In this document: one piece after another, positions 42,845 to 52,294 of the stretch | Position numbering within the stretch: the stretch's first letter is position 1 | How the letters are laid out: each line of letters begins with the position of its first letter | Origin: Candidatus Moraniibacteriota bacterium | GTDB taxonomy: Bacteria; Patescibacteriota; Minisyncoccia; Moranbacterales; DUUL01 | Reading direction: 5' to 3' | NCBI GenBank assembly: GCA_041583775.1 | Contig: JBFHFF010000007.1 | Coordinates: forward strand, 3,382 to 67,381 | DNA: 64,000 nucleotides | The notes under the pieces: generated by a model | Database searches by the model: none | What the model was told of the DNA's origin: nothing | What the model saw: the letters and a program-made list of their open reading frames with translations, nothing else | Position numbers and translations under genes: made by a program

Positions 42845-43516
42845 ATGGATTTAAAGTTTATTATCAGAAAAAGACAAACAATAATAGTAATTTCATTGAT
42901 TGCGTTACTTTTGGTGACTATTTTTACGCTTTTACAGCCTGTTAAATATAGCGCTAAGGCCAAAGTTTTGGTTGTGCAAAAATTCAATAAGGATGTTGAC
43001 TCATATGATATTGCAAGGTCAAAAGCTTATTTAGGTGAAATATTAGCAGAAGTTGTTACTACATATCCGATTTATGATCAAGTTGCAAAAAGTGAGTTTG
43101 GTGTTGATCGAGGGTATTTTGAAAAAAAACCAGAAATTGATAATGTTGTAAAAAAATGGAAAAAAACTGTTGATGCTTCAAGCTATGGCGATTCTGGAAT
43201 TATTGAAATTGTAGTAAAGCATTCAAATGCTAAACAAGCAGAGAATATTTCAAACGGAATTTTGGAAGTGCTTGCCAATAAGCATTCAAAATATCACAAT
43301 GGTGAGAATGTCAAATTAACAACAATTGATCCCCCAGTTATTGGATTGGCATCACCTAATATTAAACTGAATCTTATGATTGCTTTTTTTATGGGACTTT
43401 CTTTTGCTTTTATTTATATTGTGGTTTTCCCGGAGCCAGAACACGACTTGAATATTTTCAAAAAAAAGAAGAGTAATTTGCTTGAAATTAAAACGCTAAA
43501 AACACTTGACAAATAA
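42845..43516 (+). CDS. Wzz/CpsC-like chain-length determinant
   Basis: TM-PVKYSA, SPNIKLN-TM architecture. Confidence 0.8.
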   Translation: MDLKFIIRKRQTIIVISLIALLLVTIFTLLQPVKYSAKAKVLVVQKFNKDVDSYDIARSKAYLGEILAEVVTTYPIYDQVAKSEFGVDRGYFEKKPEIDNVVKKWKKTVDASSYGDSGIIEIVVKHSNAKQAENISNGILEVLANKHSKYHNGENVKLTTIDPPVIGLASPNIKLNLMIAFFMGLSFAFIYIVVFPEPEHDLNIFKKKKSNLLEIKTLKTLDK

Positions 43517-43534
43517 TTTTTATTGTGCTAGATT
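43506..43534 (+). promoter_or_regulatory. Sigma70 promoter of island gene 1
   Basis: TTGACA-17 nt-TAGATT with TG extension. Confidence 0.65.
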
Positions 43535-43813
43535 TGCTTAGTTAGGAGATTTGACATTTTTTCATAGTCGTGTTGTACCCTTTGTTATATATGAAAAAAA
43601 GTTTAGAAAACAGAGACGAAGTGATATTAATTTTGTGTCCGAAAGATAATAAAAAAATTCGGATACAGAAACGATACTCGTTTCAAGTACCAAGTACTTT
43701 GATTTTTTTATAATCTTAACCGTTCGACAAGGAGGGCTAACGGACGCAGAAACAAAGAAAATGAAATAGACAACAGGGATTTCCTCTGTTGTCAAAAAAA
43801 CAAGGAGAAAAAA

Positions 43814-44467
43814 ATGACGACAAAAAAAGTTTTTTTAACAAGTTTCTTTATTTTTTTCATCGCATTGCCCGCATTTGCCTGCGAGGGACCTGAGTGTTCG
43901 GAGCCAGTGGTTCCGGACTTGTCGGAAGGTTGTATCGGCAGCTGTGATGGTGCAATTGCCATCGGGGCTGCAAATGGAGACGTCTTCGCAAATGTGAAGG
44001 TTGAGAGAGGGGATCTTTTCGCAGAAGCCTGCGGAGACTTGGAAATGGTCAATATGGCCGGAGCTCCAAGTGATGGTGTTGTATCGGTTGAAAATAAATT
44101 CGGCCGAACAGCGCTGGTGGAGAAGATATCACCGGATGGAAACACCGGTTTTCAGTTTGCGGAAGCAATTTCTGCGCAACTTAATTCGCAGGCTGAAAAC
44201 GGCGGATACACTGCCGGCGCAATTAAGGCCGAAAATACAGTTTCGGCAAATGGCAGCGCTGTCGCCTGGGAGAGAGGTGATTCTGTTGGGCTCAAAATGG
44301 ACCTTAACCAGGCCGTAAACTCAGCAGCGATGTTTTGCGCAGCTGACGGAACGACTGGAAGCCTTAACTCGGAAGTTATTGCAAATAGCTTCCAAAATAT
44401 TGAAACGGAAGCCATCACTGGCTTCCAGCAAAGTATGATATCAACAAAAATTGGTATCAACAAGTAG
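43814..44467 (+). CDS. Secreted hypothetical protein (Ala/Gly/Asn/Ser-rich, Cys-containing N-terminus)
   Basis: AAGGAG SD; signal peptide ending ALPAFA. Confidence 0.8.
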   Translation: MTTKKVFLTSFFIFFIALPAFACEGPECSEPVVPDLSEGCIGSCDGAIAIGAANGDVFANVKVERGDLFAEACGDLEMVNMAGAPSDGVVSVENKFGRTALVEKISPDGNTGFQFAEAISAQLNSQAENGGYTAGAIKAENTVSANGSAVAWERGDSVGLKMDLNQAVNSAAMFCAADGTTGSLNSEVIANSFQNIETEAITGFQQSMISTKIGINK

Positions 44468-44493
44468 GAGGTGTAGGCCACAATAGGCCGATC

Positions 44494-44526
44494 AAAGCCC
44501 AGGAAATATTTTTTTCCTGGGCTTTA
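44494..44526 (+). terminator. Intrinsic terminator
   Basis: AAAGCCCAGGAAA-loop-TTTCCTGGGCTTT. Confidence 0.8.
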
Positions 44527-44651
44527 TAACGAAAAATTAGTGAAATTTGAAAAAATAAGGCGAATAGAATGAAAACTTTTTCATCAGTAATTTGTAAAAA
44601 TAGGTGGCGAAATTATTTTCTTAATTGGGTATAGGAGTAATTAAAAAAGAC

Positions 44652-44680
44652 TTGACAAAAATAAAAAAAAAGTGTATAGT
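44652..44680 (+). promoter_or_regulatory. Sigma70 promoter of island genes 2-3
   Basis: TTGACA-17 nt-TATAGT. Confidence 0.7.
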
Positions 44681-44852
44681 TCTTAGAATGCTCTTTAAGA
44701 TAGTTTCTTATTAAAATAACCAAGTTCATCATTCATCGCATTGTGCAATGAGTGATGAATAGTTTATTTTGAGTATTTTGACAATTTAAAATTGCACATT
44801 TATTTGTGCAATAAAAAACAGTTCAGACGGAAGTCTGAACAAGGAGGAGAAT

Positions 44853-46178
44853 ATGGAAAAAATATGGATGTTAAGGTTAAGTTTGTTGTTGATGGTTCTG
44901 CTGTTTGGGTCTCAGGCTCAAGCGCAGACGAATTTTTCGGGAAATTCAAAGGTGTCGGTTGAAAATGACACCAGTAATTTTCTTAACACCCAGGTAGTTG
45001 CTGGGGGGGCCAATGTCTCAATTGACTTTGGAAGTGGAGAGGCTGGTGCTGACAAGTATCCAGGGGGATTATTGGGCGCTTATTATATGGGCGTTCCTGA
45101 AACTCCAAACATCCCCTTGCCACAGGCAAGCAAAGGTGGTTCTTGGAGGTTGCAGGCTGCAGATTTAGTATTTGCAGGTCTTCCGGCCGTGCTAACTCCT
45201 GATTCCATCAGGAGTTATGAGATGAATAAAACCATCCTTGTTGATGACAAGGATGATAAAAAGGAGCTTCGTGAGAAATTCGATAAGGCGAAGCGAAAGC
45301 TTCTTCTGAGTGCAAATGTTGTTTTGCCGGTAGTATTACCGGAAACCAACAGTATTCGTTTGAGTAAGAAGCTTCCGGCGCCCAATGGGATGCTTTTTGG
45401 AGAAAGTTATTCTCCAGCAGGCAACCTAACCTTTCATACAGTGGAAGAACTTGATGGATGGTTTCAGAAAGCGGATATGAAAAGTCTCTCTTCCGGTGAT
45501 CTTGCCGTTATGTTGGCAAGTGCCGGAATGAAGTGCGGAGCATCATTGATGGTCCCGACCGGCCAAGGTGCTGAAAATATATTCAACACAACGGCCGGAA
45601 GTAAGAGCTTGAGCGGACTGCTCTCAAGCGTTACAAATCTCGCAGGACAAAACGCTTTGCCGTCAGCAGTGTCTGCTGGCGGAGGAATTTCCGGGACTGA
45701 CGGTAACAACAATGTCGTCCATCAACCATATTTAACAGTCGCCTTGTTTAAAAAAGAGGCAGGACCTGTTAAAGGAAAACTTCAAAGAGATATTTTCTAT
45801 GAACTGGTAATGTGCGCATTGCCAGTTCCGGAGCCAAATGGAAGACTTCGATTAGAGGTGGCGAATCAGATGCTTCAGAAATATTTCGATTCCGGTCGGA
45901 ATAATGTGGAGCCACTGATTCATGCCCAGGCTAATTTAGCCCAATCCATCAAGGATGGAAAAAAGTCTCGAATCATAAAAGAGGCTTTGGCTGCCACCTG
46001 GGCTGAAAGAGTGATACTTGTGGGGCGCGGTTATAAGCAAGGACTTATGACTGAAAGAGAGTATAAAAACTCTCACCTACACAACCTTAAGAAGGCAGAA
46101 GGAGCAATGTCTTCTTATGGATTTAAGTCCATAAGAACGCTTGATCTCTGCGCAAAGGATTTGTCAAATCTAAAATAA
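44853..46178 (+). CDS. Secreted hypothetical protein, 441 aa
   Basis: AAGGAGGAG SD; signal peptide ending AQA. Confidence 0.82.
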   Translation: MEKIWMLRLSLLLMVLLFGSQAQAQTNFSGNSKVSVENDTSNFLNTQVVAGGANVSIDFGSGEAGADKYPGGLLGAYYMGVPETPNIPLPQASKGGSWRLQAADLVFAGLPAVLTPDSIRSYEMNKTILVDDKDDKKELREKFDKAKRKLLLSANVVLPVVLPETNSIRLSKKLPAPNGMLFGESYSPAGNLTFHTVEELDGWFQKADMKSLSSGDLAVMLASAGMKCGASLMVPTGQGAENIFNTTAGSKSLSGLLSSVTNLAGQNALPSAVSAGGGISGTDGNNNVVHQPYLTVALFKKEAGPVKGKLQRDIFYELVMCALPVPEPNGRLRLEVANQMLQKYFDSGRNNVEPLIHAQANLAQSIKDGKKSRIIKEALAATWAERVILVGRGYKQGLMTEREYKNSHLHNLKKAEGAMSSYGFKSIRTLDLCAKDLSNLK

Positions 46179-46252
46179 CCGAAACAATTCCCGCCCAAAC
46201 TTCGGTTTTGGCGGGAACTAAAAAAACTCTTGAAAAAGAGGGAGGAGTCAAC

Positions 46253-47086
46253 ATGGCTATTAAAAGGATTGCTTTTTCATGTTTCGTCGTAGTAATTTTA
46301 TTTTCTCAGCAAATCGTTTCCGCGGAAACGATTTCGCTTGAGCAAATAAGGCAGAAGATCCAGGCAGCGCAAACTGCCGGAGTTTCAATGGTCAAAAGCT
46401 CTGATATAAAAAAAGAGCTTAAGAATAAAAAACCCAAATCACAATTTGGGATTGCCCTTAGTAATTTTGGGCAAATTCCTCTTAGTGTTTTAAGGTTGAA
46501 AAAGGGAGAGACAGTTTCTGAGCTTTCGGCAGTGGTTTCAAAGAAATCATTCCGAAGAGTAATGTCTGGGAACGGCCTCTCTCCCAGTAAGTGTGAAAAA
46601 TTGCCTGTGGGATTTGAACTTTATATCCCAACGGCATGGCTTTTGCCAAAGCTGAGACTGTCACCAGTCGAGATTGGTGTTCTCCAGGAAAGTCTTGCGT
46701 CTGCCAAAGAGGCAGCAGCAGACCTTACGGCGGAGGTTGGTCATTTAAAAGAGGAGATCGTCATTAAAGACGGTCAAATCTCTGAGTTGACAGGAAATCT
46801 TTTGGCTGAGCAGACCGCTCATGCCAAGACGAAGGAAGAGCTTTTGGCTGAGCAGACCGCTCATGCCAAAACGAAAGCCAATCTTTCGGCCCCGGCTTCG
46901 GTGGTCAAAGCCAAGCTTTCGGCTCCAGGAGGATTGGAATTTATGAATAATCCAATCTCTTGGATCGCAATAGCCTTCTTGGCTATTGCAGCAACAGCCT
47001 CTTTGGTCTTTTTGAAAAGAGGCAAAGGAAAAAAAAAGCCTGAGCAGCGCAGGACTGCTGATATAGCAGAGCCTGCAGTCAGCTAA
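46253..47086 (+). CDS. Surface protein: signal peptide, LysM-like domain, coiled coil, C-terminal TM anchor
   Basis: GGGAGGAG SD before ATG 46253; LKKGETVSEL...NGL.....LPVG.ELYIP LysM pattern; C-terminal hydrophobic helix plus basic tail. Confidence 0.75.
   Translation: MAIKRIAFSCFVVVILFSQQIVSAETISLEQIRQKIQAAQTAGVSMVKSSDIKKELKNKKPKSQFGIALSNFGQIPLSVLRLKKGETVSELSAVVSKKSFRRVMSGNGLSPSKCEKLPVGFELYIPTAWLLPKLRLSPVEIGVLQESLASAKEAAADLTAEVGHLKEEIVIKDGQISELTGNLLAEQTAHAKTKEELLAEQTAHAKTKANLSAPASVVKAKLSAPGGLEFMNNPISWIAIAFLAIAATASLVFLKRGKGKKKPEQRRTADIAEPAVS
46799..46876 (+). repeat. 42-nt period in-frame duplication (LLAEQTAHAKTK x2)
   Basis: CTTTTGGCTGAGCAGACCGCTCATGCCAA at 46799 and 46841. Confidence 0.9.
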
Positions 47087-47109
47087 TAATGGTCCGGAAT
47101 CTCGGACAA

Positions 47110-47145
47110 AAAGCGGTGGTACGCAATTTATGTACCACCGCTTTT
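47110..47145. terminator. Terminator closing the island (likely bidirectional)
   Basis: AAAGCGGTGGTAC-loop-GTACCACCGCTTTT. Confidence 0.88.
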
Positions 47146-47232
47146 AATTTGCAAAAAATAAAAAATACTAACTAATTTAAAAAAAGATAGTAAATAATAT
47201 TAAAAATAATATGTTTTTGTTTAAAAGTTAAA

Positions 47233-48594
47233 TTAAATTCTATAGTTTTTTCTATTTGTTCTAATTGCTAAAAGTCCACCAGCTTCTGCCCAGAAAGCCC
47301 ATTGAAGTGCAGTTGCGTTAATGATGTTATCTCCAAAACTTGCTGCGTATAATCCTATTGTGAAACAAAGAAAAATCAAGAATAAAAAGGCTATTTCATC
47401 GTTGTTTTTTGATCTTGAGAGAAATTCTAATAACAATTCTTTTAATAGAGATAGAAAAATTATAATAAAAGCGACAAGACCAATTATTCCATTTCCTAGA
47501 AGAATTCTTAAAAAATCATTATGAGGGGCTGGAGAGCCAAGTCGAAGACCGCGTCTTTCTAGAATCAATTCCTCGGCAGTTCCAGTTCCATACCCCAATA
47601 TTGGAGCTTCTCTCGAATATACCAAAGCATCTTGCCATAAATTGAATCTCCAAGATATTGAACTGTATGGCGAAAGTGTTGTAATAGAATTTATTCGTTC
47701 ACGAATCGGAGAGATTATCAAATATACTGAAAAAAAAGCGATTATTGAAAAAAACAAAAGTTTTCGCAACTTCAACATTCCAGCACCAAGAATCATAAAA
47801 GCAAATAAAATCCACGCACCCCTAGTATAGGTCAATATCAGCAGGAAAAAGAATATTAAAAAAGAAGTTACATAGATCCATTTTTGGTAGTATTTATTTG
47901 TAAGAAGAAACATTTCAATTGAAAGTGCGATTGAAAGTGTTAATGAGAAAGCAAAGAGATTGGGATGTGCAAAGGTGCCAAAAAGTCTGTTGGGAATATC
48001 TTGATATGAAAGTGATAAGCCAGTGTTAGTTGTTAGCTGATAAAAAGCAACAAGTGAAGGGATTATCATTGAAGCAATTATGGTCACGGTTAACTCTAAT
48101 AAATCCTTTTTTGTTTTTATTGCAATAAAACCAAGGATAAAAAATGAAAAAATTGTTGAAACTCTTACAAGCTCTGAAATGCTGGAAGTTTTGTTGAAGG
48201 AAAATGAAATTCCAAAAATTAAGATAATAAGAAAAATCAACCATTGTTTTAGAAGTGGATTTTTCTTGAGTTTAGCGAGTTGGTTGGGTAATTTTAAAAC
48301 AGTTATTAGGATTAGCACTATGCCTAGAATTGAGGCAAGATTTATTGGATTGTTAAAAACCTTTAAAATAGTTATCTCTGAGGAAAAATCTAGGATTGGT
48401 CGTAACAATAATAATAAAAAAAACCCCCATTTTAAATCTATGAAAAAGACTAAAAATGTGAAAAAAATTCCAATGAGAAGAAGTGTGATAAGCAGTGGTG
48501 TCTTGAAAAAAGACAAAAACCCAACAAAAACAGTAATTGAAAGTATTGTGATGACGGCTAAAAGGTAGTTGTAGAAGTTTTTTTTACTTGACAT
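47233..48594 (-). CDS. O-antigen ligase/Wzy-like membrane protein
   Basis: RLFGTFAHPN, TYTRGAW, P.LG.G.G, PHNDFL. Confidence 0.9.
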   Translation of the reverse strand: MSSKKNFYNYLLAVITILSITVFVGFLSFFKTPLLITLLLIGIFFTFLVFFIDLKWGFFLLLLLRPILDFSSEITILKVFNNPINLASILGIVLILITVLKLPNQLAKLKKNPLLKQWLIFLIILIFGISFSFNKTSSISELVRVSTIFSFFILGFIAIKTKKDLLELTVTIIASMIIPSLVAFYQLTTNTGLSLSYQDIPNRLFGTFAHPNLFAFSLTLSIALSIEMFLLTNKYYQKWIYVTSFLIFFFLLILTYTRGAWILFAFMILGAGMLKLRKLLFFSIIAFFSVYLIISPIRERINSITTLSPYSSISWRFNLWQDALVYSREAPILGYGTGTAEELILERRGLRLGSPAPHNDFLRILLGNGIIGLVAFIIIFLSLLKELLLEFLSRSKNNDEIAFLFLIFLCFTIGLYAASFGDNIINATALQWAFWAEAGGLLAIRTNRKNYRI

Positions 48595-48765
48595 ACTAGC
48601 TTGATTGTGATAATTTTAATAGCTTTATATATGCACTTTGCTTAATTTTTTTTAGCATAAACATTTTTTATAATTATGTTTATGAAAAGTTATCTTAGCA
48701 TAGGCATTAATTCAAATCAATAGAGCGCGTTTTTTAAAAGGAATTTAACTTTTATCAAAGAATCT

Positions 48766-50028
48766 ATGAGAATTTTGGTTGTTAATAATAATTTTTTCCT
48801 TCGCGGAGGTGCTGAACGGGCGTTTTTTGATATGATAAATATTCTTGAAAAAAAAGGGCATAAGGTTGCACATTTTTCTTCAAAAACAAAAGAAGACCGA
48901 CAATCCCCTTGGGAGAAATATTTTGTTAAATATAACGAACTTAGTGATTCGTCAAAATTTGGAACTTTTGAGAAGATGAAAATTGTTTCTAGAATTTGGT
49001 ATAACTTCGAAACTCGGCGAAAACTAAGAGAATTAATAAAAGAATTTCAACCAGAAGTGGCGCATCTGCACAATATATTTCATCATCTAAGTCCATCGGT
49101 TATTGATGAGCTGAAGAAGCAGGGAGTTCCAATAGTATGGACACTACATGATTATAAAATGGTTAGTCCTAGTTATGACCTAAGTGTTCGTGGAAATATT
49201 TGGGAGGAAAACAAAAAAGGAAGAATGCATAAATGTATCACACATAAATGTGTCTATGATTCATATCTTAAAAGCACTGTTTGTGTGATTGAAAATTTTT
49301 TACATCGATTTTTAAAAACCTTTAACAAAGTTGACCAATTTATTTCACCAAGCAATTTTTTAATAGATAAATATGGAGAATTTGGTTTTAAAGCTCAAAT
49401 AGAAAAAATTGTTAATCCTGTTTTGCCAAGAAAAGTTAATTTTGATTTGGAGCCTTGGAAATTGGGAATTGGTGAGCACAGAGAAGGTTTTATGCTCTAT
49501 GTTGGGAGACTTTCTTTTGGGAAAGGAGTGCAAGATTTAATAGAAGCCTATGCTGGTCTTGATACAAGAACTTCCTTGCTTATTGCTGGTGATGGGCCAG
49601 AAAGAGAAGGGTTGGGATTGCTTGCGAAAAAATTAAATGTTTGTGGAAAGGTTAAATTTTTAGGAAAACTGGAAGATGATAAGCTTTTTCCAATAATGGC
49701 TCGTGCGGATTTTGTTGTTATGCCATCAAGGCTTTATGAGAATGCTCCCTATGGAATTTTAGAGGCAATGTTGTTGGGAAAGCCAGTGATATCTTCTAAT
49801 TTAGGTGGTTCGAGAGAAATTATTAAAAATAGTGGTGCAGGCGATTTATTTGAAGCGGGAGATGTGGATGATTTGAAAGTTAAATTGCAATATGCGGTTG
49901 AAAATAAAGAGTTTTTCAAGGAAAAGGGATCGCAAGGAAGGAAATTCATTGAAGAACATTATAGTGAAGATTTGTTTTATGATAAGTTGATGACGATATA
50001 TAGAGCTTTAATTTCAAAAAAGGCCTAG
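48766..50028 (+). CDS. Glycosyltransferase family 4
   Basis: GGAE, HLHN, YVGRL..GKG, ENAP..ILEAM. Confidence 0.92.
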   Translation: MRILVVNNNFFLRGGAERAFFDMINILEKKGHKVAHFSSKTKEDRQSPWEKYFVKYNELSDSSKFGTFEKMKIVSRIWYNFETRRKLRELIKEFQPEVAHLHNIFHHLSPSVIDELKKQGVPIVWTLHDYKMVSPSYDLSVRGNIWEENKKGRMHKCITHKCVYDSYLKSTVCVIENFLHRFLKTFNKVDQFISPSNFLIDKYGEFGFKAQIEKIVNPVLPRKVNFDLEPWKLGIGEHREGFMLYVGRLSFGKGVQDLIEAYAGLDTRTSLLIAGDGPEREGLGLLAKKLNVCGKVKFLGKLEDDKLFPIMARADFVVMPSRLYENAPYGILEAMLLGKPVISSNLGGSREIIKNSGAGDLFEAGDVDDLKVKLQYAVENKEFFKEKGSQGRKFIEEHYSEDLFYDKLMTIYRALISKKA

Positions 50029-50093
50029 AGGTTATTTTAGATATAAGGATGGGGGCGAATTGGAACAGGTTAACAAAAAGATAATTAAAAATT

Positions 50094-51275
50094 ATGAAAA
50101 TAGCATTTATTGGACAAAAGGGAATACCAACACATCAAGGAGGAATTGAAAGGCATGTTGAGGAATTAGCTATTCGCTTAGTTTCTCAAGGTTGTGAAGT
50201 GATTGCCTATACAAGACCATATTATGTTGATAAAAATTTAAAAGAATATAAAGGAATTCAGTTGATTAGTTTGCCGACAATTCGCACAAAACATCTTGAT
50301 GCCATTGTCCACACTTTTTTTGCTTGTCTTAATGTTGGAAAACATAAAGTCGACATAATTCATTTCCATTCAATAGGACCATCATTTTGGATTTGGTTGG
50401 CAAAACTTTTAAACCCAAGAACGCCAATTGTTGCGACTTTCCATCTTCAGTGTTATAGGCATAAAAAATGGGGAAAGTTTGCAAAGTTGTCTTTGAAAAT
50501 AGGGGAAATTATTTGTTGTTTGTTGTCAGATAAATTGATTGTTGTTTCTAGAAATCTAAAGAGGATGGTTCATAGGAATTACAAAAGAACCGCAGACTAT
50601 ATTCCTAACGGTGTTCCAAGTTACAAAAGAGTAAAGGCTGACGAGATAAATAAAATAGGACTCAAAAAAGAAGGGTATATCTTGTATGTAGGAAGATTAG
50701 TAGAGAGTAAAGGGGCACACTATTTGATTGAGGCGTATAATCACTTAGAAACTGAGAAGAAACTTGTTATAGTTGGGGATGAGGCACATTCGGATGGATA
50801 TGAAACAAAACTTAAGGAGATGAGCAAAGGAAATTCTAATATTGTTTTCACTGGCAGACTCGAAGGAAATAGTCGGTTGTTGGCAGAGCTTTTTTCTAAT
50901 GCATATCTTTTTGTGCATCCCTCAGAAATCGAAGGCTTGTCAATTTCGCTTTTGGAAACAATGTCATATGCAAGAGCGGCTTTGGTTTCTGATATCCCCG
51001 AGAACATTGAAGCGGTTCAGTCAGCGGGATTTTCATTTAAAAATGGAGACTCAAAAGACCTAGTATTTCAATTGAAGAAATTAATGGAAATGCCGAGCCA
51101 GGTCCACAAAAAAGGATTGGAGGCAAAAAATAGAGCAGAAAATCATTATAGCTGGGAGGCTGTTTCATCAAAAACTTTGGTTGTTTACAGGGAATTGAAG
51201 AATAATAGAGATTGTAGAAAAGAATTTTTTCCTAGACTTAGATATATCAAAAATTTTTTAGGAGGGATGTTTTAG
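50094..51275 (+). CDS. Glycosyltransferase family 4
   Basis: GIP..GGIE, VGRL..KG, PSEIEGL...LLE. Confidence 0.92.
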   Translation: MKIAFIGQKGIPTHQGGIERHVEELAIRLVSQGCEVIAYTRPYYVDKNLKEYKGIQLISLPTIRTKHLDAIVHTFFACLNVGKHKVDIIHFHSIGPSFWIWLAKLLNPRTPIVATFHLQCYRHKKWGKFAKLSLKIGEIICCLLSDKLIVVSRNLKRMVHRNYKRTADYIPNGVPSYKRVKADEINKIGLKKEGYILYVGRLVESKGAHYLIEAYNHLETEKKLVIVGDEAHSDGYETKLKEMSKGNSNIVFTGRLEGNSRLLAELFSNAYLFVHPSEIEGLSISLLETMSYARAALVSDIPENIEAVQSAGFSFKNGDSKDLVFQLKKLMEMPSQVHKKGLEAKNRAENHYSWEAVSSKTLVVYRELKNNRDCRKEFFPRLRYIKNFLGGMF

Positions 51276-51292
51276 TTTATTGAAGTTAAAAA

Positions 51293-52264
51293 ATGGGATA
51301 TTTTATTAGAAAAATCAAGGAGAGATTTTGGAAGGAGCAATGGAGTATTGCTGTTTTTCGTGGAAAAGCTTCAGATTTGCTTGAAGGTCAAATTAATCAA
51401 AACGACTTACAGTGGTTATTTTCTGATTATAAAAAAGGCTTTTGTGCTGATCCTTTTGTGATAGAGGATGGAAAGTCTGTTTTTTTGTTCTATGAACAAT
51501 TTGAATATGATAAACAGAAAGGAAGAATAATGGTTTCAGAACTTATCGAAGATGAGGATGGGAAAATAACAACCACTGAAAGTGAAGTGGCTATTGAACG
51601 AGATAAGCACATTTCATATCCATTTGTTTTTTCATTTAATGGAGAAATGTTTATGATTCCAGAAACTTCAGCAGAAAACGAAATTGCTCTTTATAAAGCA
51701 ATTGATTTTCCTTTGAAATGGGAAAGGGAAAGAGTGCTTATCCCAAATTTTGCTGGAATAGATGCAACGCTTCATTTTGCAGATGGAAAGTGGTGGATTT
51801 TTTGTTCAAATGCCAAAAGTGGCGCAAATGAGAATTTATATATTTTCTATGCAGAAGATCTTTTTGGTATTTGGCAGGAACATAAAAAAAATCCTGTTAA
51901 AATAGATATTGAAGATTCTCGTATGGCAGGTTCCTTTCTCTTGTGGAAGGGAAAGACTATTAGGGTTGCGCAAAATTGCAAAAGAACATATGGAGAGGAA
52001 GTTGTTTTGAATGAATTGGAAATTCTTTCAATTGAAGATTTCAAGGAAAAAGAGCTTTATGCGCTTAGTTTAAGTAATAAATCAGAGTATTCTGAGGGAA
52101 TGCACACGATTTCTGCAAGTGAGCATTTTGTTGCAATTGATGCAAAAAGATTTTTGGGAATTAGGAAATATTTAGATAAATGGAATTCTAAAAGGAAAGT
52201 CTGTCTTGTTAAAGTAGGGAAGGTGTTCCAAAAAAAGAGTCTACTTGGTATAATAAAAAAATGA
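51293..52264 (+). CDS. GINT1_N-like / GH43-like beta-propeller protein
   Basis: ADPF, HISYPF, MIPET, W..H..NPV, R.AG, Q.C...YG, HT motifs. Confidence 0.75.
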   Translation: MGYFIRKIKERFWKEQWSIAVFRGKASDLLEGQINQNDLQWLFSDYKKGFCADPFVIEDGKSVFLFYEQFEYDKQKGRIMVSELIEDEDGKITTTESEVAIERDKHISYPFVFSFNGEMFMIPETSAENEIALYKAIDFPLKWERERVLIPNFAGIDATLHFADGKWWIFCSNAKSGANENLYIFYAEDLFGIWQEHKKNPVKIDIEDSRMAGSFLLWKGKTIRVAQNCKRTYGEEVVLNELEILSIEDFKEKELYALSLSNKSEYSEGMHTISASEHFVAIDAKRFLGIRKYLDKWNSKRKVCLVKVGKVFQKKSLLGIIKK

Positions 52265-52294
52265 AGAAAAAGGAAATAAAGAAAACATTTAACA

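Noticed and set aside
46799-46930. Direct repeats considered as a CRISPR array
   Set aside because: Only two in-frame copies, no spacers of CRISPR size, no cas genes; no CRISPR array seen anywhere in the window
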